From the NCBI GenBank assembly GCA_045627705.1, contig JAZQOE010000124.1, forward strand, positions 17,865 to 81,864: 64,000 nt of DNA, read 5' to 3'. The translations under genes were made by a program, and so were the position numbers. Source of the DNA: Kiritimatiellia bacterium. GTDB lineage: Bacteria; Verrucomicrobiota; Kiritimatiellia; RFP12; JBMNHG01. Shown piece by piece: positions 43,219 to 52,646 of this stretch. How positions within the stretch are numbered: position 1 is the stretch's first letter; each line of letters begins with the position of its first letter. The notes under the pieces are model-generated. The model was not told the origin of the DNA, made no database searches, and saw nothing but the letters and a program-made list of their open reading frames with translations.

Positions 43219-46200
43219 ATGGAAGCGTCGTCGAAGATTCAGAAAGTCCTCATCATTGGCTCCGGCCCCATCGTCATCGGCCAGGCGTGCGAGTTCGACT
43301 ATTCCGGTACGCAGGCTTGCAAGGCGCTTCGCGCATGCGGCTACAAGGTCGTTCTCGTAAATTCAAATCCCGCGACGATCATGACTGACCCCGTGATGGC
43401 CGACGCGACCTACATCGAGCCGCTCAATGCCGACCGTCTCGAGCAAATCATCGCGAAGGAACGCCCCGATGCAATCCTCCCGAATCTCGGTGGTCAGACA
43501 GGTCTCAACCTTTCGATGGAACTTGCGAAGAAGGGCATCCTCGACCGCTACGGCGTGAAGGTCATCGGTGTCAACCTCGATGCCATCGAACGCGGCGAGG
43601 ACCGCGAGGTCTTCAAGGACACGATGCAAAAGCTCGGTATCGAAACGCCAAAGAGCGGCATCGTCCATACTGTCGAGGAGGCGAAGAATCTCGTCCTCGA
43701 TGAGATCGGCTTCCCCGTGGTCGTCCGCCCCGCCTACACCATGGGCGGTTCCGGCGGCGGTTTCTGCTACAACGTCGAAGAGCTTGAGACGATTTGCGCG
43801 CGTGGTCTCGACGCTTCGCTCACGCACCAGTGCCTTATCGAGGAGTCCATCCTCAACTGGGAGGAACTCGAGGTCGAAGTCGTGCGCGACGCGAAGAACC
43901 AGATGATCTCGGTGTGCTTCATCGAGAACATCGACGCGGTCGGCGTCCACACTGGCGACAGCTTCTGCGCCGCGCCGTTCCTGACAATTTCGAAGGACCT
44001 CGAGGAGCGCCTGAAGCGCGACGCATTCAAGATCGTCGAGGCAATCGGCGTGATCGGCGGCTGCAACGTGCAGTGGGCGCATGATCCGAAGACCGGCCGC
44101 GTCGTAATCATCGAGATCAATCCGCGCACTTCCCGCTCGTCCGCGCTCGCATCGAAGGCGACAGGCTTCCCGATTGCGCTCGTCTCCGCCAAACTCGCGG
44201 CGGGCATGACGCTCGACCAGCTTCCATACTGGCGCGACGGGTCGCTTGAGAAGTACACGCCCGATGGCGACTACATCGTTCTTAAGTTCGCCCGATGGGC
44301 CTTTGAGAAGTTCCGCGCCGTCGAAGACCATCTCGGCACGCAGATGAAGGCCGTGGGCGAGGTGATGTCGATCGGCAAGACCTACAAGGAGACCTTCCAG
44401 AAGGCGATTCGCGCACTGGAGCGCGGCCGCGCCGGACTCGGTTTCGCAAAGGACTTCCACGAGCGCTCCCTCGACGATTTGCTGAAGATGCTCGCGATCG
44501 CGAATTCCGAGCGTCACTTCCAGATGTACGAGGCGCTCCGCAAGGGCGCGACCAACGAACAGATCACACACCTTACCGGCGTGAAGGATTACTTCGTCCA
44601 GCAGATGCGCGAACTCGTCGAGGAAGAGGATCGTATCCTCCAGTCGATCGGCCGTCTCCCGCCCGACGACCAACTCGTGCAGGCGAAGAAGGACGGCTTC
44701 AGCGACAAGTACCTTGCGCAGATCCTGAAGGTTTCAGAGAAGTCCATCCGCGACCGCCGCACCGCCCTCGGTTGCGTCGAGAAGTGGTTCGCCGTCCCCG
44801 TTAGCGGCGCCGAAAACCAGGCGTACTACTATTCGACGTACAACTGGGACAATGCTTCCGGCAACTCTGGCAATTCCGCCTTTGGCGAGGTCAAGGTTTC
44901 CGCGAATCCCAAGAAGGTCATGATCCTCGGCGGCGGCCCGAACCGAATCGGCCAGGGTATCGAGTTCGACTACTGCTGCACGCATGCGGCGATGGCGATG
45001 CGCCAGGCCGGATACGAGACCATAATGGTCAACTGCAATCCCGAGACGGTCTCCACCGACTACGATACTTCCGACAAGCTTTACTTCGAGCCTGTGACGG
45101 TCGAAGACGTCCTGCAGATCTACCAGTCGGAAAAGCCAGAGGGCGTGATCGTGCAGTTTGGCGGACAGACTCCGCTCAACATCGCGCGTGGTCTCGAGGA
45201 GGCAGGCTGCCACATCCTTGGCACTTCCGTCGATTCCATTGACGCCGCCGAAGACCGCGATCTATTCCACTCCATCATGGACCGCCTCGGCATCCCCATG
45301 CCGGAGTCGATGATGGCGAGCGATCTCGACGCGGCGCTTTCCTGCGCGGCCAAGCTCGGCTACCCGCTCATCATCCGTCCGTCGTTCGTTCTTGGCGGAC
45401 GCGGCATGGAGGTGATCTACGACGAGATCATGCTCCGCGAGTATGTCGCAAAAGCCGTGGGTGTGACTCCCGACCGTCCGCTCTACCTCGACCGCTTCCT
45501 GCACCATGCGCTCGAATGCGAGGCGGATGCGCTTTCCGATGGCACAGACATCTTCATTCCTGCCATCATGCAGCACATCGAGCTTGCTGGCATCCACTCT
45601 GGCGACTCCGCATGCGTGCTGCCTCCGGTGTCGATCTCCGACAGCAACCGCGACACCATTCTGGACTACACGCGCCGCATCGCTTCCGAGCTGAAGGTCG
45701 TTGGCTTGATGAACATGCAGTTCGCGATCGAAGACGACAAGGTCTATGTGATCGAGGCCAATCCGCGCGCCTCGCGCACTGTCCCGTTGGTGTCGAAGGT
45801 CGGCGGCGTTTCGATGGCGCGTATCGCGACGCAGCTCATGATCGGTCAGACGGTGAAATCGCTCGGCCTGAATCATCGCCATGTCGTGCCGTATTTCGGC
45901 GTGAAGGAAGCGGTGCTTCCATTCGAGAAGTTCCCGGAAGTCGATCCCGTCCTCGGACCGGAAATGCGTTCGACGGGCGAAGTGCTTGGCCTCGCGAATA
46001 CCTTTGGCCTTGCCTATTTCAAGAGCCAGGAAGCGGTTGGTTCACCGTTGCCGACCGAGCCAGGTGGAAAGCTGCTCATCTCGCTTTCCGAGAAGCAGCC
46101 CGATGCTGTCCGTGCGGCGAAGAATTTCGCGAGCCTCGGCTTCGAGCTTGTTGGGACGACGGGCACTGTCGCCTTCCTGCGCAAGAATGGCGTCGAAGCC

Positions 46201-46470
46201 ACGGAAATCGCAAAGATCGGCGAGGGCCGCCCAGACGTGCTCGACGCGATCAAGAACCGCGAAGTGAATCTGATCGTGAATACGCCGTCAGTGCGCCGCG
46301 ACGCGCGCGCCGACGATTCGCGCATCCGCCAGGCCGCGATCAAGTACCGCGTGCCTTACCTCACCACCATCGCGGCCGCGCTCGCGGCTTCGGAGGGCAT
46401 CCGCGCCGCGCGTGACGGCTTGGGTGCCGTGAATTCCCTGCAGAATTACCACGCGACCATCCGCGGGTAG
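43219..46470 (+). CDS. carB: carbamoyl-phosphate synthase large subunit
   Basis: KVLIIGSGPIVIGQACEFDYSGTQACKALRACGYKVVLVNSNPATIMTDP. Two ATP-grasp halves (second starts KVMILGGGPNRIGQGIEFDYCC). C-terminal MGS-like domain. Start chosen at MEASSKIQK (1083 aa). The listed ORF has a 5' extension. Confidence 0.9.
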   Translation: MEASSKIQKVLIIGSGPIVIGQACEFDYSGTQACKALRACGYKVVLVNSNPATIMTDPVMADATYIEPLNADRLEQIIAKERPDAILPNLGGQTGLNLSMELAKKGILDRYGVKVIGVNLDAIERGEDREVFKDTMQKLGIETPKSGIVHTVEEAKNLVLDEIGFPVVVRPAYTMGGSGGGFCYNVEELETICARGLDASLTHQCLIEESILNWEELEVEVVRDAKNQMISVCFIENIDAVGVHTGDSFCAAPFLTISKDLEERLKRDAFKIVEAIGVIGGCNVQWAHDPKTGRVVIIEINPRTSRSSALASKATGFPIALVSAKLAAGMTLDQLPYWRDGSLEKYTPDGDYIVLKFARWAFEKFRAVEDHLGTQMKAVGEVMSIGKTYKETFQKAIRALERGRAGLGFAKDFHERSLDDLLKMLAIANSERHFQMYEALRKGATNEQITHLTGVKDYFVQQMRELVEEEDRILQSIGRLPPDDQLVQAKKDGFSDKYLAQILKVSEKSIRDRRTALGCVEKWFAVPVSGAENQAYYYSTYNWDNASGNSGNSAFGEVKVSANPKKVMILGGGPNRIGQGIEFDYCCTHAAMAMRQAGYETIMVNCNPETVSTDYDTSDKLYFEPVTVEDVLQIYQSEKPEGVIVQFGGQTPLNIARGLEEAGCHILGTSVDSIDAAEDRDLFHSIMDRLGIPMPESMMASDLDAALSCAAKLGYPLIIRPSFVLGGRGMEVIYDEIMLREYVAKAVGVTPDRPLYLDRFLHHALECEADALSDGTDIFIPAIMQHIELAGIHSGDSACVLPPVSISDSNRDTILDYTRRIASELKVVGLMNMQFAIEDDKVYVIEANPRASRTVPLVSKVGGVSMARIATQLMIGQTVKSLGLNHRHVVPYFGVKEAVLPFEKFPEVDPVLGPEMRSTGEVLGLANTFGLAYFKSQEAVGSPLPTEPGGKLLISLSEKQPDAVRAAKNFASLGFELVGTTGTVAFLRKNGVEATEIAKIGEGRPDVLDAIKNREVNLIVNTPSVRRDARADDSRIRQAAIKYRVPYLTTIAAALAASEGIRAARDGLGAVNSLQNYHATIRG

Positions 46471-46508
46471 GGCTGGCTTCCCGCCGGTCCTTGCGCCTGG
46501 TTCGCGTC

Positions 46509-48470
46509 CTACTTGCCAATGACAAGTTCAAAGGGGCCGCAGGGGAGATCGTCTGCGCCGCGAAGGTTGCAGGCTGGATAGTCGTCCCAGGCATAGCGCA
46601 CCTTCTCAGGCTCCATGCCATCGGGAATCGCGATGCGTACGGTATCGCCCATGATCGATGCCTCGGCAGAGGCGAACTTGCCATCGGCGCCACCCAACTG
46701 GAATCCAGCAAGCACTGTATCCTCGAAGGCGGTGAGCGCCGAATCCTTCGGGAAGGAAACGACGACGGCGCCATTGACGATTTCCGCGGAGACGGGAATC
46801 GGACCTGCCGCGGCAATGCCCGTTTCGCCGTATGTGCGGACGCGCGCCAGCCGCGCGAGGCGTTCGCCCACGGACTTCTTGTTCTTTGGATGGATGTCGT
46901 TGTGGTCGCCGATGTCGATGGTTACAGCCGTCCCGCAGTTCCCTAGCGTTTCGCCGAGACGCATCTGCATCCACCGCATCGCGGCCCACTTGCTTTCGAC
47001 GGGTTCTTCGTGTGTCTTCTGATACGCGGCGAGCTGGACGATGTAGAAGGGCAGTCCGTCGGGCGAGACGAAGCGCTTCCGCCAATCCTCGACCAGCGCC
47101 GTAAGGACCTTGCCATACAATTCAACATGGTCGATGTCGGAGCATCCCTGGTACCAGATCGCTCCCTTCAACGCCATCGGGCAAAGCGGATTGACCATTG
47201 CGTTGTAGCACGCGGCGATAGTCCATGAATCGGCCCCGCCATCCTTCGGCTTCGCGGGGTAGGTGATTCCCTTCGATGAACGCCATTCGCCGGCAAGCGG
47301 AACCGCCTCCATGTCTGGAAGCGCGATGCGAAGCGAATTCGGCTTCTCCGATAGGAATCCACCATTTCCGCCCTCGTCATCGATGCGCACCGCGATGAGG
47401 TTTTCGCCCTCGTGGAGCAAGCCGTCCGGAATCTTGTAGGAGCGCCCGATTCCAAACACTGCGGTACTGCCTACAAGTTCGCCGTTCACGTATGCCTTGT
47501 CGGAATCGTCCAGCACGCCGAGCTTGAGCGATGCACCCGCGGCCGCTGCCTGCTCGGTGGTGAGCGTTATGGTGCGACGGTACCAGACGCAGCCGTCGAA
47601 GGCGCGGTTGAACTGCTTTTCGAAGGATTGCGGAAGCCTTACGGTCTTCCACTCGGAATCATCGAAATCAAGCTTTTCGGCACCGATGTCGCCGGCGGCC
47701 TTGCACTCGGCCTTCCATTGCGACATTCTCTTGCGATAGCCTTGCAATCCGCCCTCGGCCTCGTAGGCGTCGCGTCGTTCGTGCATTTTCGCGATGGATT
47801 TCTTGCACTGCGGATCGGCGGTGGCGTATGCGTCTTCGGAAAGCCATGTCTTGATTGGCGACCCGCTCCAGCATGCGCTGATCAATCCGATCGGGACATC
47901 GGGAAGGGCGGCGCGCAACGACTGACCAAAGAAGAAACCGCATGCGGAGAAGGTCTTCGACACATCTGGATCGCAGGTCTTCCACTCGCACGGACGGCGC
48001 ATGGTCGCGAGAGGTTCGTAGGATGTCGCGCGCAGGCTGGTGTAGAAGCGCAGGAGTTTATCCTTGCGCTTCTCGATGTCGTGCTTGCCGGTTGTCAATC
48101 CCCACGAATAGCACATCTCCATGTTCGATTGACCGGAGCACAGCCAGATGTCGCCAATCGCGATATCCTTGAGCACCACGGCCTCGACGCCATTTGTTGA
48201 AAGCGACAGTCTGTGTCCGATGCCCGGTTGCGTCTGCGGCGGAAATTCCACGCGCCATACGCCATCGTCACCCGCTACGGTTGAAACCGCCGTTTCATCG
48301 AGCGTGACCGCGATCTTTGTGTCGGCATCGGCGCTTCCCCATATCGGCAGCTTGCAATCGCGTTGCAACACCGCGTGACTGGTGAACGGCGCACCGAACG
48401 CGGCATCGGCCGAAAGTGCATTTGCAGCGGCCAAAGCGACTGCCATGGTAATTGCAATAACTTTGTTCAT
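46509..48470 (-). CDS. sialate O-acetylesterase family protein (SGNH/DUF303-type carbohydrate esterase) with signal peptide
   Basis: Signal peptide MNKVIAITMAVALAAANALSA. IWLCSGQSNMEM catalytic motif of 9-O-acetylesterases. Confidence 0.7.
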   Translation of the reverse strand: MNKVIAITMAVALAAANALSADAAFGAPFTSHAVLQRDCKLPIWGSADADTKIAVTLDETAVSTVAGDDGVWRVEFPPQTQPGIGHRLSLSTNGVEAVVLKDIAIGDIWLCSGQSNMEMCYSWGLTTGKHDIEKRKDKLLRFYTSLRATSYEPLATMRRPCEWKTCDPDVSKTFSACGFFFGQSLRAALPDVPIGLISACWSGSPIKTWLSEDAYATADPQCKKSIAKMHERRDAYEAEGGLQGYRKRMSQWKAECKAAGDIGAEKLDFDDSEWKTVRLPQSFEKQFNRAFDGCVWYRRTITLTTEQAAAAGASLKLGVLDDSDKAYVNGELVGSTAVFGIGRSYKIPDGLLHEGENLIAVRIDDEGGNGGFLSEKPNSLRIALPDMEAVPLAGEWRSSKGITYPAKPKDGGADSWTIAACYNAMVNPLCPMALKGAIWYQGCSDIDHVELYGKVLTALVEDWRKRFVSPDGLPFYIVQLAAYQKTHEEPVESKWAAMRWMQMRLGETLGNCGTAVTIDIGDHNDIHPKNKKSVGERLARLARVRTYGETGIAAAGPIPVSAEIVNGAVVVSFPKDSALTAFEDTVLAGFQLGGADGKFASAEASIMGDTVRIAIPDGMEPEKVRYAWDDYPACNLRGADDLPCGPFELVIGK

Positions 48471-48577
48471 TCTTTTCTCCGTCTAGATTCTCAATGGACA
48501 AAACACGTTTTACAACACATTGGAATCGCTCGCCATGGAAAAGTGCGTTAGCGCGCACCCGTTATGAGATATAAAAT

Positions 48578-48596
48578 GTCGCCTGGCAGGCGACAC
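48578..48596. promoter_or_regulatory. 19-bp perfect palindrome TGTCGCCTG-g-CAGGCGACA in the divergent esterase/recA intergenic region (candidate operator)
   Basis: Perfect 9-bp arms, preceded by a tataaaa-like element, ~160 bp upstream of the recA ATG. Confidence 0.3.
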
Positions 48597-48753
48597 ATGG
48601 CGAAGAGGCAAATGCTATCCTCCCGCCATGTTCAACGTACGGACCATCTCTCGCCGACTTGGCGCAAACGCGACAATTCCGTTTTCCTTTTGCCAGTGCG
48701 GCAAATGGTATGGTACGATTCTCAACAAAATCACAATCATTCGGGAGTTCATC

Positions 48754-49812
48754 ATGGCTGAAAAGAAAGCTGTCACCAACCAACTCGATGCCGTCCTCGC
48801 CTCGATCCGCAAGGAGTTCGGCGAGAATTCAATCATGCGCCTCGGCGATACCGACGTCTCGAAAAATGTCGATGTAATCAGCACCGAAGCCTTCTCGCTC
48901 GACCTCGCCCTCGGTGTCGGCGGTCTTCCGCGCGGCCGCATCATCGAAATCTACGGCCAGGAGTCTTCCGGCAAGACCACCCTCTGCCTCCATGTGATCG
49001 CCGCTGCGCAGCGCGCAGGCGGCATCGCCGCGTTCGTCGATGCCGAGCACGCGATGGATCCAAGCTACGCCAAGCGTATCGGCGTGAAGCTCGACAACCT
49101 CCTCGTTTCCCAGCCCTCTTCTGGCGAAGAGGCCCTCACTATCACCGAGTCGCTCGTGAAGAGCGGATCTCTCGATGTCGTGGTGGTGGATTCAGTCGCG
49201 GCGCTCGCTCCGCAGGCCGAACTCGATGGCAGCATGGGCGATTCGCATGTGGGCTTGCAGGCCCGCCTGATGTCCCAGGCGATGCGCAAACTCACCGGCG
49301 CCCTGGCCACGACGAAGACCCTCTGTATCTTCACGAACCAGATCCGCGAAAAGATTGGTGTGATGTTCGGCAACCCGGAAACAACTCCCGGCGGCCGCGC
49401 TCTGAAGTTCTATTCCTCCGTGCGCCTCAATGTCCAGAAGATCGGCACGATAAAGGACGCCGGTGGAACGGTCGTCGGTTCCCGTACGCGCGTGAAGGTC
49501 GTCAAGAACAAGGTCGCTCCGCCCTTCACCGAGGCAGAGTTCGACATCCTCTACGATCGCGGAATCTCGTGGGAAGGCTCCGTGCTCGATGCCGCGCTCA
49601 ACGCGAATGTCGTCACGAAGAAGGGCTCGTGGCTCTCCTTCGGGTCCGATCTGATCGGACAGGGCGCACTCGCCGCGACTGAATTCCTCCGCTCGAATCC
49701 CGCTGTCTGCCAGCAGGTGATCGAGAAGATCAAGGAGGTCAATCCCGCCGCCGCCAACATCAAGGGACGCCCGGTCGAGGAAACGGCGGAAGCCGCCCCC
49801 GAAGAAGAGTAA
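48754..49812 (+). CDS. recA: recombinase RecA
   Basis: [47 protein letters not shown] and VVVDSVAAL. Start chosen at MAEKKAV (352 aa). The listed ORF has a 5' extension. Confidence 0.9.
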   Translation: MAEKKAVTNQLDAVLASIRKEFGENSIMRLGDTDVSKNVDVISTEAFSLDLALGVGGLPRGRIIEIYGQESSGKTTLCLHVIAAAQRAGGIAAFVDAEHAMDPSYAKRIGVKLDNLLVSQPSSGEEALTITESLVKSGSLDVVVVDSVAALAPQAELDGSMGDSHVGLQARLMSQAMRKLTGALATTKTLCIFTNQIREKIGVMFGNPETTPGGRALKFYSSVRLNVQKIGTIKDAGGTVVGSRTRVKVVKNKVAPPFTEAEFDILYDRGISWEGSVLDAALNANVVTKKGSWLSFGSDLIGQGALAATEFLRSNPAVCQQVIEKIKEVNPAAANIKGRPVEETAEAAPEEE

Positions 49813-49908
49813 CCACCGCTTCGCTTGCGGCCCGCACGGTTGACGCCGGGCGGGCCGTTTCTATTTTGGCCCCGATTGACACAATCTCGCGCGAGGACTG
49901 TTCCTGAC

Positions 49909-50805
49909 ATGCCAGCGATCTATTGGATTTTCACCGTATTCATCACTCTTTTCGGTGCATGCATCGGCAGTTTCCTGAACGTTTGCATCTGGCGTATTCC
50001 ACTGGGGATGTCCATCGTGTCGCCGGGTTCGCACTGTCCGAAGTGCAATCATCCGATTCCATGGTGGCAGAATATCCCCATGTTCAGTTGGTTTGCCCTG
50101 CGCGGGAAATGCCACTATTGCAAGGCGCCGATTTCGTTCCGCTATCCGTTTGTCGAAACGTTGACCGCCGCCCTGTTTCTGCTTGTCTGGCTCAAATTCC
50201 TTGCGCCACTGGTAGATCCGCAGCTGCCTTATTCTTGGGCCACGAATGTACCTACCCATCCGCTTCTCGGTACGACGCCGTTCAATGATATCCGCGGACT
50301 GCCCATCTATCTGCTGATGGTTGTCGGACTCGTCTTCGGATCGTTCGTCGATATCGACCACCTGATTTTGCCAGACCGCGTAACAATCGGCGGCATAATC
50401 CTCGGCCTTGTCTCCTCCCCGCTTGTTCCGGAACTCCAGTGCGCGGCGACATGGCAGCAAGCGCTCATCCGTTCCGCAATCGGCTTCGCCGTCGGCTTTG
50501 GAGGACTGTGGCTCGTATCATTTCTTGGCTCGCTAGCCTTCCGAAAAGAGGCGATGGGCTTCGGCGATGTCAAGCTCATGGGCGCGATCGGCGCGCTTTG
50601 CGGCTGGCAATCCGTTGTCTTCACGCTGATCGCCGGTTCGTTCCTTGGTTCGTTCGTCGGCATCGCGCTCATGGCCGCGAAAAAGCGCGACCTGCAGGGA
50701 CGCATTCCATTCGGCCCATTCCTCGCCATCGGCGCAATCGCCTGGATTTGCTGGGGACAAACCTTGTTCAACCTCTACATGCGCCTTCTGTCCCCGCGCG
50801 TGTAG
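49909..50805 (+). CDS. pilD: prepilin peptidase (A24 family; PilD/GspO)
   Basis: Zn-binding CPKCNHPIPWWQNIPMFSWFALRGKCHYCKAPIS. Catalytic GFGDVKLMGAIGA. Polytopic membrane protein. Start chosen at MPAIYWIF. Confidence 0.8.
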   Translation: MPAIYWIFTVFITLFGACIGSFLNVCIWRIPLGMSIVSPGSHCPKCNHPIPWWQNIPMFSWFALRGKCHYCKAPISFRYPFVETLTAALFLLVWLKFLAPLVDPQLPYSWATNVPTHPLLGTTPFNDIRGLPIYLLMVVGLVFGSFVDIDHLILPDRVTIGGIILGLVSSPLVPELQCAATWQQALIRSAIGFAVGFGGLWLVSFLGSLAFRKEAMGFGDVKLMGAIGALCGWQSVVFTLIAGSFLGSFVGIALMAAKKRDLQGRIPFGPFLAIGAIAWICWGQTLFNLYMRLLSPRV

Positions 50806-50834
50806 CCATTTGGGAATAATCTGACGAGGACATC

Positions 50835-51590
50835 ATGGACACAGAATTTTCAATAAGCGATGGCGACGATATCGCCATCAATGTTCAGAAGGCGCAAGAA
50901 CGCATCGCCGCCGCGTGTGCGCGTGCGGGGCGTTCACCCGACGAAGTTGAGATTATCGCCGTGACAAAAACCCACGGCCCCGAAGTCGTACGCGACGCAT
51001 GGCGTGCGGGACTACGGCGCTTTGGGGAAAACCGCGTCCAGGAAGCGGCGTGGAAAATTCCAGAATGCGGATCTGGTCCTGAATGGCATTTGATCGGGCA
51101 CCTCCAGCGCAACAAGGTCACGCACGCGCTTCCGTTGTTTCCCGTGATCGAGGCGGTAGATTCCGTGCGCTTGCTTGATGCCATTATTGCTGCCGCCGAA
51201 GAAACCGGGGACAGACCCGAAATCCTGTTCGAGGTGAATGTGTCGGGCGAGGCGAGCAAGTTCGGGTTGAAGCCTGGTGAAGTGCCGGCGATTGTCGAAC
51301 GCGCGCTGGCGAATTCGAATATCACGGTCGGCGGACTGATGACCATGGCGCCATTCGCCCCTGAACCCGAAAAGACGCGTCCAGTCTTCGCCGGATTGCG
51401 CGAACTGCGCGACCAGCTCCAAGATGAATTTGGAATCGTGCTGCCCCACCTTTCGATGGGGATGAGCAACGATTACGAAATCGCGGTCGAAGAAGGCGCC
51501 ACCTGGGTCCGTCTAGGCACATGCCTCTTTGGGCAGCGCCCGAAGTGGAAGCCCGTCCGCGAAAACGACTTCGACTACGAAAACCAGTAG
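50835..51590 (+). CDS. yggS: YggS-family pyridoxal-phosphate homeostasis protein
   Basis: IIAVTKTH, FGENRVQE, GHLQRNK and SMGMSNDYEIAVEEGATWVRLGTCLFG. Confidence 0.8.
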   Translation: MDTEFSISDGDDIAINVQKAQERIAAACARAGRSPDEVEIIAVTKTHGPEVVRDAWRAGLRRFGENRVQEAAWKIPECGSGPEWHLIGHLQRNKVTHALPLFPVIEAVDSVRLLDAIIAAAEETGDRPEILFEVNVSGEASKFGLKPGEVPAIVERALANSNITVGGLMTMAPFAPEPEKTRPVFAGLRELRDQLQDEFGIVLPHLSMGMSNDYEIAVEEGATWVRLGTCLFGQRPKWKPVRENDFDYENQ

Positions 51591-51596
51591 TCGGAT

Positions 51597-52646
51597 TTAG
51601 TTCCCAGCAATCGGCGCCGCGACGATTTCGTAGAGGAACGATGCGTCGTTCATGTCTGTGATCAAGGCCTCGTAGCCGACGCAGGCAAGGCGCTCGCCTA
51701 GCCCTTGCGCTTCTTCCCATGAACCAAAGTTCGCGCCGAAACATAGATTCACGCCATAGAAGCGAACTGGCACACCTGGATTCTTCTCAAATTCAAAGTG
51801 CGGACCGCGCGCGACAATTCGACCGTGCGTACCTGCAGGCTTGTCTCGCGGGACAATAGCCGAAAAATCCAGTGACGAACCAGGAATAATGTCGCGGTAA
51901 GGACGCATCGGTATCCAGTCGTCGGAAGGAGTTATCCGGCACGGCCCGACATTGCCTGCAATTGTAAACGGACGCGATCCGGAAATCTTGAGGTCAAGCG
52001 ATGATGTTGCTCCCGCGTGATGAGGAGAAGTGCCGAAGGCGATGCGGATTTCAAGGATATTGGCATTCCATGTGCGGTTGTCCTGGAGCATCATGAAAAC
52101 GGGCTTTGCCGATGATATCGCAAGACTGGTCTTGCCGCTCGCGTTGACCACCTCGAACGAATCCGTGGTCGCTGTGATAATCTGTGGCTTCTCTCCACGT
52201 TCAAGCGGGATGTCTCGCCATTCGTTGCCGGCACGGACGCGGCCACCGAAGAAACTATGCGGAAGACATGTACGTAGGCAGAGGCCATTTGATTCGAAAT
52301 CGCGATCTGGCGTGCCTTCGTAATGCACGGATATCGCGCCATCGGAATCGGCGCCAACCCTGACGATGCCATTGACACAAGTTCCAGCGTCATCGCATTT
52401 TGGAATCGAGAATGGCATCGATCCATCGGCAGAGCCAGTTGTACGGAAGTCCACTGTTGCCGTGGCTGCCGACCAGTTCAATCGATAGACGCATGGCGCA
52501 AACGATAGCCCAAGTTCTTCCAAGGCCAGTTCGCCGCCCGAATACAAATTCGCCGCGACCGCGTTCGCGGCAAACATAATTATTCCTGCTACTCTTAAAT
52601 AGTCTGTCCCTTTAAGCATTTTCCGCAAGTTTTTCATTTGAGTCAT
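51597..52646 (-). CDS. hypothetical protein (possibly secreted). The start codon is uncertain because a REP-like element lies in the first 20 codons. Alternative start near 52577.
   Basis: Long ORF with high-GC codon usage. The N-terminus MTQMKNLRKMLKGTDYLRVAGIIMFAANAVAA is signal-peptide-like, but codons 11-18 are the translated REP element. Confidence 0.4.
   Translation of the reverse strand: MTQMKNLRKMLKGTDYLRVAGIIMFAANAVAANLYSGGELALEELGLSFAPCVYRLNWSAATATVDFRTTGSADGSMPFSIPKCDDAGTCVNGIVRVGADSDGAISVHYEGTPDRDFESNGLCLRTCLPHSFFGGRVRAGNEWRDIPLERGEKPQIITATTDSFEVVNASGKTSLAISSAKPVFMMLQDNRTWNANILEIRIAFGTSPHHAGATSSLDLKISGSRPFTIAGNVGPCRITPSDDWIPMRPYRDIIPGSSLDFSAIVPRDKPAGTHGRIVARGPHFEFEKNPGVPVRFYGVNLCFGANFGSWEEAQGLGERLACVGYEALITDMNDASFLYEIVAAPIAGN

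Noticed and set aside
43363-44673. 436-aa minus-strand ORF inside carB
   Set aside because: Antisense to the unmistakable carB.
48541-48753. Search for a canonical LexA box upstream of recA
   Set aside because: No CTGT-N8-ACAG, GAAC-N4-GTTC or GTTC-N7-GTTC dyad is present. Only the TGTCGCCTG-g-CAGGCGACA palindrome was found, and it is reported as a low-confidence candidate.
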